A DNA stretch of 64,000 nt. Source: a virus. The notes beneath the pieces are model-generated. The model saw only the letters and a program-made list of their open reading frames with translations, searched no databases and was not told the DNA's origin. Both the position numbers and the translations under genes were made by a program. Below, in pieces: positions 1 to 7,470 of this stretch. Positions within the stretch are counted from its first letter, which is position 1. Each line of letters begins with the position of its first letter. The stretch is taken from the IMG/VR virus record IMGVR_UViG_3300018481_000003, positions 1 through 64,000 of that record. The stretch is one strand, 5' to 3'.

Positions 1-201
1 CAGTGGACCAACGGCAAGGGGCCAGGCCACATCTACGAGAACGTGGACTACGAGGGTTACCGCAGCTTCGCCAGGGTCGTGTCCAAGGGGCGCCACGTCA
101 ACTCGACACTCAACGGCAAGGTCTACTGGAAGATGAAGGGCGAGGAAGACCTGCCCTCCAACGAGAAGCGCCAGGGAATCGGCTCCCGTCTCCGCACATG
201 A
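1..201 (+). CDS. C-terminal end of an unidentified gene (partial; start lies upstream of window)
   Basis: Frame 1 is open from base 1 to TGA 199-201 (QWTNGKGPGHIYENVDYEGYRSFARVVSKGRHV...SRLRT*) with G/C-rich third positions. Its stop overlaps the next start (ATGA 198-201). Absent from the ORF track because it has no start codon. Confidence 0.5.
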   Translation, partial: QWTNGKGPGHIYENVDYEGYRSFARVVSKGRHVNSTLNGKVYWKMKGEEDLPSNEKRQGIGSRLRT

Positions 202-377
202 CCGACGACGAGATCAAGGAAATCTGGAGCAAGGAAGTGTTGTTCCAATCGATGCCCGACATCCGGGTGGGCAATGACGATGGCACCGAGATGCAGTGGC
301 GCTGGCGTGACGGCGAGTGGACGTGGAAGCACGTCCGTGGCAATGAGGTACTCCAAGAAGGCTTCGGTCCCCCGTGA
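198..377 (+). CDS. hypothetical small protein (59 aa) carrying the peptide IWSKEVLFQSMP, also found in the major capsid protein
   Basis: ATG 198 overlaps the upstream stop (ATGA). In-frame part of ORF 3..377 with coding-like GC3. Sequence MTDDEIKEIWSKEVLFQSMPDIRVGNDDGTEMQWRWRDGEWTW... Confidence 0.6.
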   Translation: MTDDEIKEIWSKEVLFQSMPDIRVGNDDGTEMQWRWRDGEWTWKHVRGNEVLQEGFGPP

Positions 378-520
378 TGGGTACCCACATCAATCCTCGT
401 ACCTCCAAGTTCAAGCCACCCAAACGGAAACATGACCCGCCTACGCAGACATCCACGGCGGTTCCCGCCAACGTCCTCAAGATACGTGCTCTTCTCGCTC
501 AGATGAGGAAGAAGAAGTGA
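377..520 (+). CDS. hypothetical small basic protein (47 aa)
   Basis: ATG 377 shares its A with TGA 375-377. The gene ends at TGA 518-520, which overlaps the next GTG 517 (GTGA). Sequence MGTHINPRTSKFKPPKRKHDPPTQ...MRKKK. Below the ORF-track length cutoff; supported by coupling at both ends. Confidence 0.45.
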   Translation: MGTHINPRTSKFKPPKRKHDPPTQTSTAVPANVLKIRALLAQMRKKK

Positions 521-990
521 TCGTCGTCAAGAACATCCCGCTGTACTGGGGGATCGAAACCGATGCTGAGGACCGATCCCTGGTGACCCGTTCCTGGCTC
601 GTAGAGGACATCATTCCGTTCCGCCAATCGATCATCGGATTCCGTATCCGGGTATCACAGCGCCAATGGCTACATATCGGCCTGTTCCGTTACCGCCGAG
701 AGGCTCTCCACCTCGGGCTGTCCTACAAGCCAACCGACATCGGAAAGTGGGGCCGAGATGCCGTTCCACCGCAGGACGAGCCAGCCGGTGATGCCGAAGA
801 CTCAGCAGAAGCTAGAGCGTCTGCCTTCCCCCGATCTGGAGACTTTGCTGGAGACGTCCCTCTCTCGGACGGCCGAACTCTTTCGTGGGTTGTCACACAA
901 GGAACTGGACACGAAGTGGGTACTCCTGGAGATGGAGATGAACCTGAACCAGGCCATGGCAGTGACGCAGGCCCTCCTCCGCAGGGTTGA
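517..990 (+). CDS. hypothetical protein; coding bias supports this frame only to about nt 755 (see frame-break finding)
   Basis: GTG 517 is coupled to the upstream stop. The first ~80 codons (MIVVKNIPLYWGIETDAEDRSLVTRSWLVEDIIPFRQ...) have G/C-rich third positions. After ~755 this frame becomes A/T-rich at third positions and low-complexity. Confidence 0.4.
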   Translation: MIVVKNIPLYWGIETDAEDRSLVTRSWLVEDIIPFRQSIIGFRIRVSQRQWLHIGLFRYRREALHLGLSYKPTDIGKWGRDAVPPQDEPAGDAEDSAEARASAFPRSGDFAGDVPLSDGRTLSWVVTQGTGHEVGTPGDGDEPEPGHGSDAGPPPQG

Positions 991-997
991 GGATTGA
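758..997 (+). CDS. hypothetical protein (79 aa), or the C-terminal half of the 517 gene after a frame change
   Basis: ORF 758..997 has strongly G/C-rich third positions and a protein-like sequence (..LERLPSPDLETLLETSLSRTAELFRGLSHKELDTKWVLLEMEMNLNQAMAVTQALLRRVED). This frame is open from 605 but has no start codon before ATG 758. Confidence 0.55.
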   Translation: MPFHRRTSQPVMPKTQQKLERLPSPDLETLLETSLSRTAELFRGLSHKELDTKWVLLEMEMNLNQAMAVTQALLRRVED

Positions 998-1022
998 TCA
1001 AAGAGTCGGTATCATTGTTTCC

Positions 1023-1331
1023 ATGAACAAGAATCTCCATTATGGCGACATCACTTACGAACAACCCGAACTACCACTGGAGTGGCCCGTGCATGATCAC
1101 TACACCGTCGAACTCCGTAAGAGCGGCGAGACGATCCGTTCGATGCGGGCCTCGTCCACCGAGGACGCCATCGGGATGATCGAAGGCTTCCGTGACTCAT
1201 CGGAAACCAAGGACCAGGTGACCTGGCGGGATCGTGACGTTGACGGTACTGGTTCACTGGTTGGGCTGGCACCGGGCGGCGTCGTCTGGCAGATCCACGT
1301 CAGTCCGAACCTCAACACCGAATTGGGATAG
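1023..1331 (+). CDS. hypothetical protein (102 aa)
   Basis: ORF 987..1331. TTG 987 is possible, but ATG 1023 (MNKNLHYGDITYEQPELPLEWPVHDHY...) is preferred. Coding-like GC3. Confidence 0.55.
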   Translation: MNKNLHYGDITYEQPELPLEWPVHDHYTVELRKSGETIRSMRASSTEDAIGMIEGFRDSSETKDQVTWRDRDVDGTGSLVGLAPGGVVWQIHVSPNLNTELG

Positions 1332-1334
1332 TCG

Positions 1335-1622
1335 ATGGCCAAGAAAGAGTGGGAGAACTGGGCGCACGACGACCTCAGGATGGAGTTGGCTGCCTTGAAG
1401 GCCAGGGTGGAGACACTGGAGAAGGCCAGGCCTGGTCGTAAGCCGTTGCCCATCGTGATCTCCAAGGAGCACGTCTGTGGTGTCGATCCTGTGTCCGACT
1501 CCACCAAGTGTCCGCATGCCTCGTTGTACCGGCGCCAGATGGGTTGCCTGGGCGACGCTTGCGTGACCAAGTCTGATTCGTATTACGCCGCTCGACGTAA
1601 GGCGGCACGTGGCGACGAGTAG
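1335..1622 (+). CDS. hypothetical protein, coiled-coil N-terminus and Cys-containing C-terminal half
   Basis: ORF 1335..1622 (MAKKEWENWAHDDLRMELAALKARVETLEKARPG...), starting 4 nt after the previous stop. Confidence 0.6.
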   Translation: MAKKEWENWAHDDLRMELAALKARVETLEKARPGRKPLPIVISKEHVCGVDPVSDSTKCPHASLYRRQMGCLGDACVTKSDSYYAARRKAARGDE

Positions 1623-1878
1623 GGAGAAGCGTCTGGCGGTAATCGAACATCTGGAGGAAGGTCCGATCTACACCGTCCACCTGGACGCTGGCTCCTTCAA
1701 CTGGCTTGTTGAGATACTCCAGGCGAAGACGAAGACGCAGGTGTGGCTCAAGCCATATCAGCGTTTGGTCAAGCGAACCCTCCTATCGTTCGAAGACGCC
1801 CGTCGTGCCATCGAGGCCGAGACAGCGACGGAGCCACGCAAGCGGACGATTCCACGCTCCCGACGTAGCAAGCGTTGA
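1609..1878 (+). CDS. hypothetical protein with a strongly basic C-terminal tail; a small-terminase role is conceivable only from its position
   Basis: ORF 1609..1878 (GTG start, 14-nt overlap with the upstream gene). Ends ..EPRKRTIPRSRRSKR. It is the last CDS before the terminator, tRNA and large terminase. Confidence 0.5.
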   Translation: MATSREKRLAVIEHLEEGPIYTVHLDAGSFNWLVEILQAKTKTQVWLKPYQRLVKRTLLSFEDARRAIEAETATEPRKRTIPRSRRSKR

Positions 1879-1936
1879 GTTACCGTGCTACACTGATCTC
1901 AAGGTCAAGGTGGTACTTGATCGGTAAGTGGGAATG

Positions 1937-1969
1937 AGGCCCTCTGCTTCGGCAGGGGGCCTTGTTCTA
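1937..1969 (+). terminator. intrinsic terminator-like hairpin
   Basis: AGGCCCTCTGC-TTCG-GCAGGGGGCCT (11 bp including one G.U, tetraloop) followed by TGTTCTAT, 59 nt after the stop at 1878. Confidence 0.6.
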
Positions 1970-1975
1970 TGTCTA

Positions 1976-2047
1976 GGGCACGTAGCTCAGTGGTAGAGCA
2001 CCTGCTTCACACGCAGGCAGTCGAGGGTTCGAATCCCCCCGTGCCCA
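1976..2047 (+). tRNA. tRNA-Val (anticodon CAC)
   Basis: Hand-folded cloverleaf. Acceptor GGGCACG/CGTGCCC; D arm GCTC-AGTGGTA-GAGC; anticodon arm CCTGC-TTCACAC-GCAGG (CAC at 34-36); T arm GAGGG-TTCGAAT-CCCCC (one A.C mismatch); discriminator A. No encoded CCA. Confidence 0.9.
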
Positions 2048-2206
2048 CTGATATCCCTGTATGGTCCAGGTATCACGGATCTGATCACCGACCTCGGTTA
2101 CGAACTCGATGACGATGAGCTAGCAGACCTCGCTGCCGAAGAGGCGGCTGAGGAAGCCCTGCTCCTGGACGAGGACGAGGAGCCGATCGAGGAACTCGAT
2201 CAGGAG

Positions 2207-3676
2207 ATGACCGACTTCCTCGACCAGTTGATCAAGCGCACGATCCTGTTCTGCGAGGAACTGTGGGGCCACGAACTGCGGCCATATCAGCGTTCGATGT
2301 CTTACCGGATGATCGAGTCTCTGATCCTCGGGGACGCCGAGGAGGTCACCGGGTTGATGGCCCGCCAGTCCGGCAAGTCAGAGGTCGTCGCCGTCACTCT
2401 GTCGGGCTGCATGATCCTCTTCCCGATCCTCGCCAAGACGTATCCGATCATGGACCGGTTCAAGGAAGGTCTGTGGGTCGGGTTGTTCGCCCCCGTCGAT
2501 GACCAGTCTGAACTTGTCTTTGCCCGCATCGTCTCCCGGTTGACCAGCGATAGAGCGATATCGATCCTCGCTGACCCGGAGATCGATGAGCGCGTCGAGG
2601 GACGTTCCAAGACGATTCGTCTCTCCAACGGATCGTTCTGCCGTCGCCAGACCGCCAACCCGAGGGCCAAGATCGAAGGCTCCACGTATCACATCATCGT
2701 CGTGGACGAAGCCCAGGAGGCTGACGAACAGGTCGTCCGCAAGTCGATCCACCCGATGCTCGCCGCCACTGGCGGCACGATGGTCAAGATCGGCACGCCC
2801 GGTTACACCAAGGGCGACTTTTACAAGGCGATCAACCTCAACAAGCGTCGTGCTCGGGGCAAGCGATCCAACCACTTCGAATACGACGAGCGGGTCGTCT
2901 GCAAGTACAACCCGTTCTACAAGAAGTTCATCGAGAAGGAGAAGCTGCGCCTCGGAGAGGACTCCGAAGAGTTCCAGATGTCATATCGCCTCAAGTGGAT
3001 GCTTGAGCGAGGGATGCTCATCACCGAGGATGATCTCGACGCCCTTGCTGACAAGACGATGGGCCTCATCAAGGGCTGGCACCGTTCCCCCTGCGTCGTC
3101 GGCATCGACCCGGCCAGGGTCAAGGACTCGACTGTCGTCACCGTCTGCTGGGTGGACTGGGAGTATCCCGATCCTGCCGGTTACCGGGAGCACCGCATCC
3201 TCAACTGGATGGAGATCCACAACACGGAGTGGGAAGAGCAGTACTTCGAAATCATGGACTTCCTCGACCCGTACTGGATCAGCCATGTTGGCGTCGATGC
3301 CCAGGGAATGGGGTCCGCAGTGGCCGACCGGATGCAGCGCCTGCTCGGCTCACGCTGTGAAGTCATTCCGTACTCCAGCGACGCCAAGAATCAGAGCGAG
3401 CGCTGGAAGCACCTGATTCAACTGATCCAGCGCCAGATGCTCATCTATCCCGGCCACTCCAAGGCCCGCCGTACCAGGGTGTGGCGCCGCTTCCGTCAAC
3501 AGATGGTCGATGTCGAGAAGGTCATGAAGGGCCAATACCTCCTGGTAGAGGCCCCCAACGAGCGTGAGGCCCATGAGGATTACGTGGACAGCTTGGCTCT
3601 TGCTGCTGCATGCAGCATGTCTGATGCGGTTCCTGTTGTTGAGCAGATGGACTCGCCGTTCTTCAATCGGTCCTGA
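2207..3676 (+). CDS. terL: terminase large subunit
   Basis: 489 aa. Walker A-like MARQSGKSE, Walker B IIVVDEAQE, and a C-terminal nuclease-type region with acidic motifs (VVGIDPAR.., GVDAQGMG). Lies upstream of the portal. The start is uncertain (see the acidic-leader finding). Confidence 0.9.
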   Translation: MTDFLDQLIKRTILFCEELWGHELRPYQRSMSYRMIESLILGDAEEVTGLMARQSGKSEVVAVTLSGCMILFPILAKTYPIMDRFKEGLWVGLFAPVDDQSELVFARIVSRLTSDRAISILADPEIDERVEGRSKTIRLSNGSFCRRQTANPRAKIEGSTYHIIVVDEAQEADEQVVRKSIHPMLAATGGTMVKIGTPGYTKGDFYKAINLNKRRARGKRSNHFEYDERVVCKYNPFYKKFIEKEKLRLGEDSEEFQMSYRLKWMLERGMLITEDDLDALADKTMGLIKGWHRSPCVVGIDPARVKDSTVVTVCWVDWEYPDPAGYREHRILNWMEIHNTEWEEQYFEIMDFLDPYWISHVGVDAQGMGSAVADRMQRLLGSRCEVIPYSSDAKNQSERWKHLIQLIQRQMLIYPGHSKARRTRVWRRFRQQMVDVEKVMKGQYLLVEAPNEREAHEDYVDSLALAAACSMSDAVPVVEQMDSPFFNRS

Positions 3677-3792
3677 TTTCTTCTGACGATTTTTGACATT
3701 CGCAGGCTCAACGAGCCTTGGGGGTGCCAGGAAACCCTGATAGCGCCGTTAACTGGTCTATGCTCCTGGTGATACCGGCCTAAGGAGGCAGC

Positions 3793-4155
3793 ATGTCCTA
3801 TCGCCCAGCTTCTGGCTACGAAACCGTCGTTGCTCAGAACCTTGCCCGTCGTGGTCCACTGCGCTTCGAAGAGGGCGTGGCAACCGACACCGACATCCCC
3901 AACGACTTCGGTCAAGGCGCCTACGGCGATCCCGGTGGAGATGGTCGGGGCCGTCCGTTCACGCCGATCAAGGGTCCAGAAGAGACGATGCGTGAGCGTG
4001 CCCACGTCGGTTCGGCCACTTGGATCGAGGCGCCCACGATGCTCTCCGACTTCGTCATCGGTGCTTCGATCGGCCAGGCACCGCCGTCGTTCGAACAAGA
4101 GGTTGGGTCTGAGGCACGCATCCGGCGCCTCAACCCAGCACAAGTCAGCGACTAA
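3793..4155 (+). CDS. hypothetical protein (120 aa)
   Basis: ORF 3793..4155 preceded by a strong SD, TAAGGAGG (3781-3788). Confidence 0.75.
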   Translation: MSYRPASGYETVVAQNLARRGPLRFEEGVATDTDIPNDFGQGAYGDPGGDGRGRPFTPIKGPEETMRERAHVGSATWIEAPTMLSDFVIGASIGQAPPSFEQEVGSEARIRRLNPAQVSD

Positions 4156-4178
4156 CAACTCGGGACTGCGTTACCATC

Positions 4179-4496
4179 ATGGTAGGTAGGTCGCCCGTTG
4201 GTGGCGGGAGAGGCACTATCTCCGCCGTTAGTGCCCTCGGCCCTGCCCCTCCTGGGCGGCCTATCTCTAACATCGGCAGTTATCTCATCAAGCCGACTGC
4301 TGAGGTCAACACCGGTTGGGAGATGATCAACGCCGATCCCAACGTCCTCAAGACGGTGCATCAGAAGTACCTCAAGGGGGCGATGTTGCCGCCAGCGCTC
4401 CAGCCGAAATACCTCCGCAAACCGGAGGTGATGGACACCAACCGGGCCAAGGCCATCTCCAGGGGATGGCGCAAGCCAAGGAGCAGACAGGGATGA
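4179..4496 (+). CDS. hypothetical protein; start uncertain (ATG 4179 or ATG 4322)
   Basis: ORF 4179..4496. The 3' half (MINADPNVLKTVHQKYLKGAMLPPALQPKYLRKPEV...) looks coding. Its stop overlaps the next ATG (ATGA 4493-4496). Confidence 0.45.
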   Translation: MVGRSPVGGGRGTISAVSALGPAPPGRPISNIGSYLIKPTAEVNTGWEMINADPNVLKTVHQKYLKGAMLPPALQPKYLRKPEVMDTNRAKAISRGWRKPRSRQG

Positions 4497-5017
4497 AGAT
4501 CACTGATCGTGACTTCCAGGACCTTGCTGAGGCGACGAACACGGTTGGTGGGTTCACGGTGAGCGCCAACACTGGTCGCACCCCGGTCAATCGCTTCTCG
4601 GTGGGGACAAGTGGGGAAGAGGTCAGCCACCCGATGCCAGAGACTGGGGGCAGCCTCAAGACGTTCGCTACCAGGAACAAGGCGACTTTGGCCCGCCCCA
4701 ACCGGGCCTTGGGCGGCTGGGAGCATGAAAGGCAGGCCTACCAGGACGTTCCTCGGGAGTACCCCACCACACCGTCAGGGGAGATGGCAGCCAGGTTCGG
4801 TTCTCTACGTGAGAACCAGAAGGCCTACGGCGTGCTCGGGGAGGAAGAAGAGGGCTACCTCGGTGACGTGAACAACCCGTTCCATCCTGGTTGGAGTGGT
4901 GATATCACCCCAGGTAATCCGTCTGCTGATGCTCATGTGTGGGCAGCGATGCCCAAGTACACCGAGATTACGTCGTTGCCGGGGCTTCGTCGTCGGAACG
5001 CACGGGAGAACCAGTGA
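4493..5017 (+). CDS. hypothetical protein (174 aa)
   Basis: In-frame part of ORF 4316..5017. ATG 4493 overlaps the upstream TGA. Sequence MKITDRDFQDLAEATNTVGGFTVSANTGRTPVNRFSVG... Confidence 0.7.
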   Translation: MKITDRDFQDLAEATNTVGGFTVSANTGRTPVNRFSVGTSGEEVSHPMPETGGSLKTFATRNKATLARPNRALGGWEHERQAYQDVPREYPTTPSGEMAARFGSLRENQKAYGVLGEEEEGYLGDVNNPFHPGWSGDITPGNPSADAHVWAAMPKYTEITSLPGLRRRNARENQ

Positions 5018-5159
5018 TGTCGAAGTCTGGCTCATCGTGGTCTTCCCAGTGCTCGTCGCAACGCCAGCCGTTGCCGTTCACACCAACTGCATGTTTACCG
5101 CAACGTCCACAGGCCTTGCGGGACCCCATCTTGGCGTACTTCGAACGGGTGTCCTCCAT
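4968..5159 (-). CDS. alternative: antisense 63-aa zinc-ribbon-like ORF (CxxC..CxxH)
   Basis: ORF 4968..5159(-): MEDTRSKYAKMGSRKACGRCGKHAVGVNGNGWRCDEHWEDHDEPDF.. Its third codon positions coincide with those of the sense ORF, so GC3 cannot discriminate. Weak SD, and 50 nt of convergent overlap with 4493..5017. Confidence 0.3.
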   Translation of the reverse strand: MEDTRSKYAKMGSRKACGRCGKHAVGVNGNGWRCDEHWEDHDEPDFDITGSPVRSDDEAPATT

Positions 5160-5193
5160 GCCGCTCAGTGTAGCAAGAGATTCGGTATCTTAA
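5017..5193 (+). CDS. possible small Ser/Pro/Gln-rich protein (58 aa); competes with an antisense zinc-ribbon ORF
   Basis: ATG 5017 shares a base with TGA 5015-5017 and has the SD GGGAGAA 7 nt upstream. Its TAA 5191-5193 overlaps ATG 5193 of the next gene. The sequence is low-complexity (MSKSGSSWSSQCSSQRQPLPF...). Confidence 0.4.
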   Translation: MSKSGSSWSSQCSSQRQPLPFTPTACLPQRPQALRDPILAYFERVSSMPLSVARDSVS

Positions 5194-6665
5194 TGCCTCG
5201 TCGTACCGCCCGTCAGACACCTGATGAAGGTTCGCCGCTGACCAACCCCACTGGGTCAGCTATCGGAACACACGCAGAGCCGGGAGCTTCCGGTGAAGGC
5301 TTCTACCAACGCATCGTTGGACGGAAGACCGGTCGCCCCGCTCCCCTCCCCTTTGGGCGGGGCGACCGAGTACCCCGTCATGAGGCAGTGATGGCAGCCC
5401 ATGGTCTGATGGACCAAGGCGCCGCCGACCCTCGTCAAGGACAACTGTTCGCTCCAGATGAGTTGCCGCAGGCCGAGTCTGCGAAGACCATGGCCGCAAA
5501 GCATGGTGTCGCCCCGCCACTGGCGGGGAGCCGCCCAGGGTTCATGCCCGAGTTGTATGAGAAGGCTGGCGGTGGGACGGTTTCGACTCCTGAGGCTCAC
5601 AAGCGCATGGTCGCAGGCATCAAGAGGTCCGGTGACCCTCATTTCGACCTGCCGACGAGTAACCAGAATCCCAGTCTCGGGCCAGTCGGAAGGATGATGG
5701 AAGAACGCCAGGCAACGAGGGACGCTCGCCCTGGTGATGCGCCCTGGTATGCCTCTCGTACCCCGGTATCAGACCCTGGACGAAACCCCAATCAAGGCAC
5801 GTTTGACCTCGGCCCCGGTAGTGCCACGGAGATGATCATTCACTCGTCTCGCGAGTTCGATGTCAACTACGAAACGATGAGTCGTGCGACAGCGCAGACC
5901 AGTCCACGGACCAAGTGGACGATGGGCCAGCAAGGGACCGATGACTTCTCGGCGCCCAACCTGGAGTCGGCAGAGAACGTCATCAGGGCGGTCAAGGCTT
6001 CTCGGGCCTCTGGACAGGACCGGGACATCGCCACTGTCGGGGCGACTGCTGGTGGTGCGGCGCTCCCCAAGGAGATGGCCAAGGCAGGGGTTGGCTTCGC
6101 TTTCGGCTCTCCCGACGATCCGATCAAGGTCAAGGAGATCCAGAGCCAGAAGGTCCCCAACTTCGACCAGAGCCTCCTGCTCGCCCACCCCAGCCAGGCA
6201 GTTCGCAAGCAGGCGGCGATGTCCTACACCGTCGATACCCATGACGTGCGCTCGACCGGCAAGCATGAGGACTTCATCAAGACGCCTGGTGGTATGGCCC
6301 TTACACGGATGACCGGGCGGCGCACGGCCTTGAAGAACCGGGACCTACCGCCGATGGGTCAGTCCAGGGTGTGGGAAGGGCAGAGGGACAAGGACCCTGC
6401 TCCGATGGGGCCGCATTCGATGCTGAGGACGCAGCGTTCCGGCAAGATCACCACTCGACCGGAGTCCAACGACCCCTACGTCCTGCCTGGTCCGAGTGGA
6501 AGGTTCGTAGAGACTGATCCCGCAGAGGAAGCGAAGTTCGCCCCCGAACACAGGATGAGCCACAGGTTCGTTGCCCCGGCAGATACCGGTGGTCCCTCTG
6601 TATTGTCACATCAGATGGAGGACCGGCGTTCGCCAATCGCCAAGCAATTGGGAATCGAGTTCTGA
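5193..6665 (+). CDS. hypothetical hydrophilic protein (490 aa), Pro/Gly/Arg-rich termini around a structured core
   Basis: In-frame part of ORF 4896..6665 from ATG 5193 (MPRRTARQTPDEGSPL...). The upstream extension overlaps other genes. Lies between terminase and portal. No family recognised. Confidence 0.7.
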   Translation: MPRRTARQTPDEGSPLTNPTGSAIGTHAEPGASGEGFYQRIVGRKTGRPAPLPFGRGDRVPRHEAVMAAHGLMDQGAADPRQGQLFAPDELPQAESAKTMAAKHGVAPPLAGSRPGFMPELYEKAGGGTVSTPEAHKRMVAGIKRSGDPHFDLPTSNQNPSLGPVGRMMEERQATRDARPGDAPWYASRTPVSDPGRNPNQGTFDLGPGSATEMIIHSSREFDVNYETMSRATAQTSPRTKWTMGQQGTDDFSAPNLESAENVIRAVKASRASGQDRDIATVGATAGGAALPKEMAKAGVGFAFGSPDDPIKVKEIQSQKVPNFDQSLLLAHPSQAVRKQAAMSYTVDTHDVRSTGKHEDFIKTPGGMALTRMTGRRTALKNRDLPPMGQSRVWEGQRDKDPAPMGPHSMLRTQRSGKITTRPESNDPYVLPGPSGRFVETDPAEEAKFAPEHRMSHRFVAPADTGGPSVLSHQMEDRRSPIAKQLGIEF

Positions 6666-6880
6666 TGGCAGAGACATCTCAAGAACGTCGGGCACGGCTC
6701 CGTGCCGAACGTGTGCCTAGGACCCCAGAGCAGCACGCCCAGATCAAGGCTGACATCGCTTCGTCCGTCCAATCCCGCAAGGAGCGCCAGGCCCAACGGA
6801 TTCAAGAAACCCACGAATCAGGTGTTGCCAATGCAGATCGTCGTAGGACGCTCCTCAATGGAGGTCAATTCGGTGCCTAA
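6665..6880 (+). CDS. hypothetical basic protein (71 aa)
   Basis: ORF 6665..6880. ATG shares a base with the upstream TGA (TGATG). Confidence 0.65.
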   Translation: MAETSQERRARLRAERVPRTPEQHAQIKADIASSVQSRKERQAQRIQETHESGVANADRRRTLLNGGQFGA

Positions 6881-7067
6881 AGGACCACAACGCATTGCCC
6901 CGATCTCCCGCAAGGTCGGCAAGAAGGCTCCGATCCGTCGTGTCACTCGCTTGAACACGCAGACTGGTATCACCCACGATGTACGGCCGACCGTCGCTGA
7001 TCCGACACACTTGGAGCGGGCAAAGTGGAACATCCATGACCGTAGCGATCAAGGAGACTGGACATGA
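6873..7067 (+). CDS. hypothetical basic protein (64 aa)
   Basis: In-frame part of ORF 6702..7067. GTG 6873 lies 8 nt after GGAGG (6860-6864). ATG 6858 is an alternative start. Confidence 0.55.
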   Translation: MPKGPQRIAPISRKVGKKAPIRRVTRLNTQTGITHDVRPTVADPTHLERAKWNIHDRSDQGDWT

Positions 7068-7312
7068 GTCGTTATATGAACGATGTCATCGGTGTACCTA
7101 CAGGCGCCAAGGTTGACCGGGCCAACCATCCCAACCGTCGCCCGAAGCGCCCGAACACTCCCAGCACCGGCTCTGTCGTGGACATCCCAGGGATCGGCCC
7201 TGCTCAGGTGACTCAATCCGGGAAGCGCTACTTCAAGTCCGAGACGCTGTCCTCCCGTCGTCCGATCAAGGACACTGGCGTCGGCATCGTCAGGGACGAA
7301 AGACTGGTCTGA
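7064..7312 (+). CDS. hypothetical protein (82 aa)
   Basis: ORF 7064..7312 with an ATGA overlap at 7064-7067. Confidence 0.65.
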   Translation: MSRYMNDVIGVPTGAKVDRANHPNRRPKRPNTPSTGSVVDIPGIGPAQVTQSGKRYFKSETLSSRRPIKDTGVGIVRDERLV

Positions 7313-7470
7313 TGGCCGCTACCGAAAAGCTCAGCCAGCAGTTCCAGTCACATGCAGAGCCGTATGACGCCATGAAGGATCGTGCTCTGGAGCAAGGGCA
7401 ACCGGTTCCCGGCCTCTTACCTCCTACCAAGTACTCCGTGAAGTGGTGGAACAAAGGAGAACCAGACTGA
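7312..7470 (+). CDS. hypothetical small protein (52 aa)
   Basis: Not in the ORF track (<60 aa). ATG 7312 shares a base with TGA 7310-7312. Sequence MAATEKLSQQFQSHAEPYDAMKDRALEQGQPVPGLLPPTKYSVKWWNKGEPD. Its stop 7468-7470 shares a base with the next ATG. Confidence 0.55.
   Translation: MAATEKLSQQFQSHAEPYDAMKDRALEQGQPVPGLLPPTKYSVKWWNKGEPD

Noticed and set aside
1-201. The partial first ORF as the missing endolysin.
   Set aside because: Only 66 C-terminal residues are visible, with no catalytic or cell-wall-binding motif I can recognise. No call is possible.
3693-3698. A perfect TTGACA in the terminase-3793 intergenic region, as a -35 element.
   Set aside because: No TANNNT-type -10 lies at 16-19 nt spacing; the sequence at that position is CCTTGG or CTTGGG. 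A weaker CTGATA-16-TATGCT pair exists at 3737-3764 but is not convincing.
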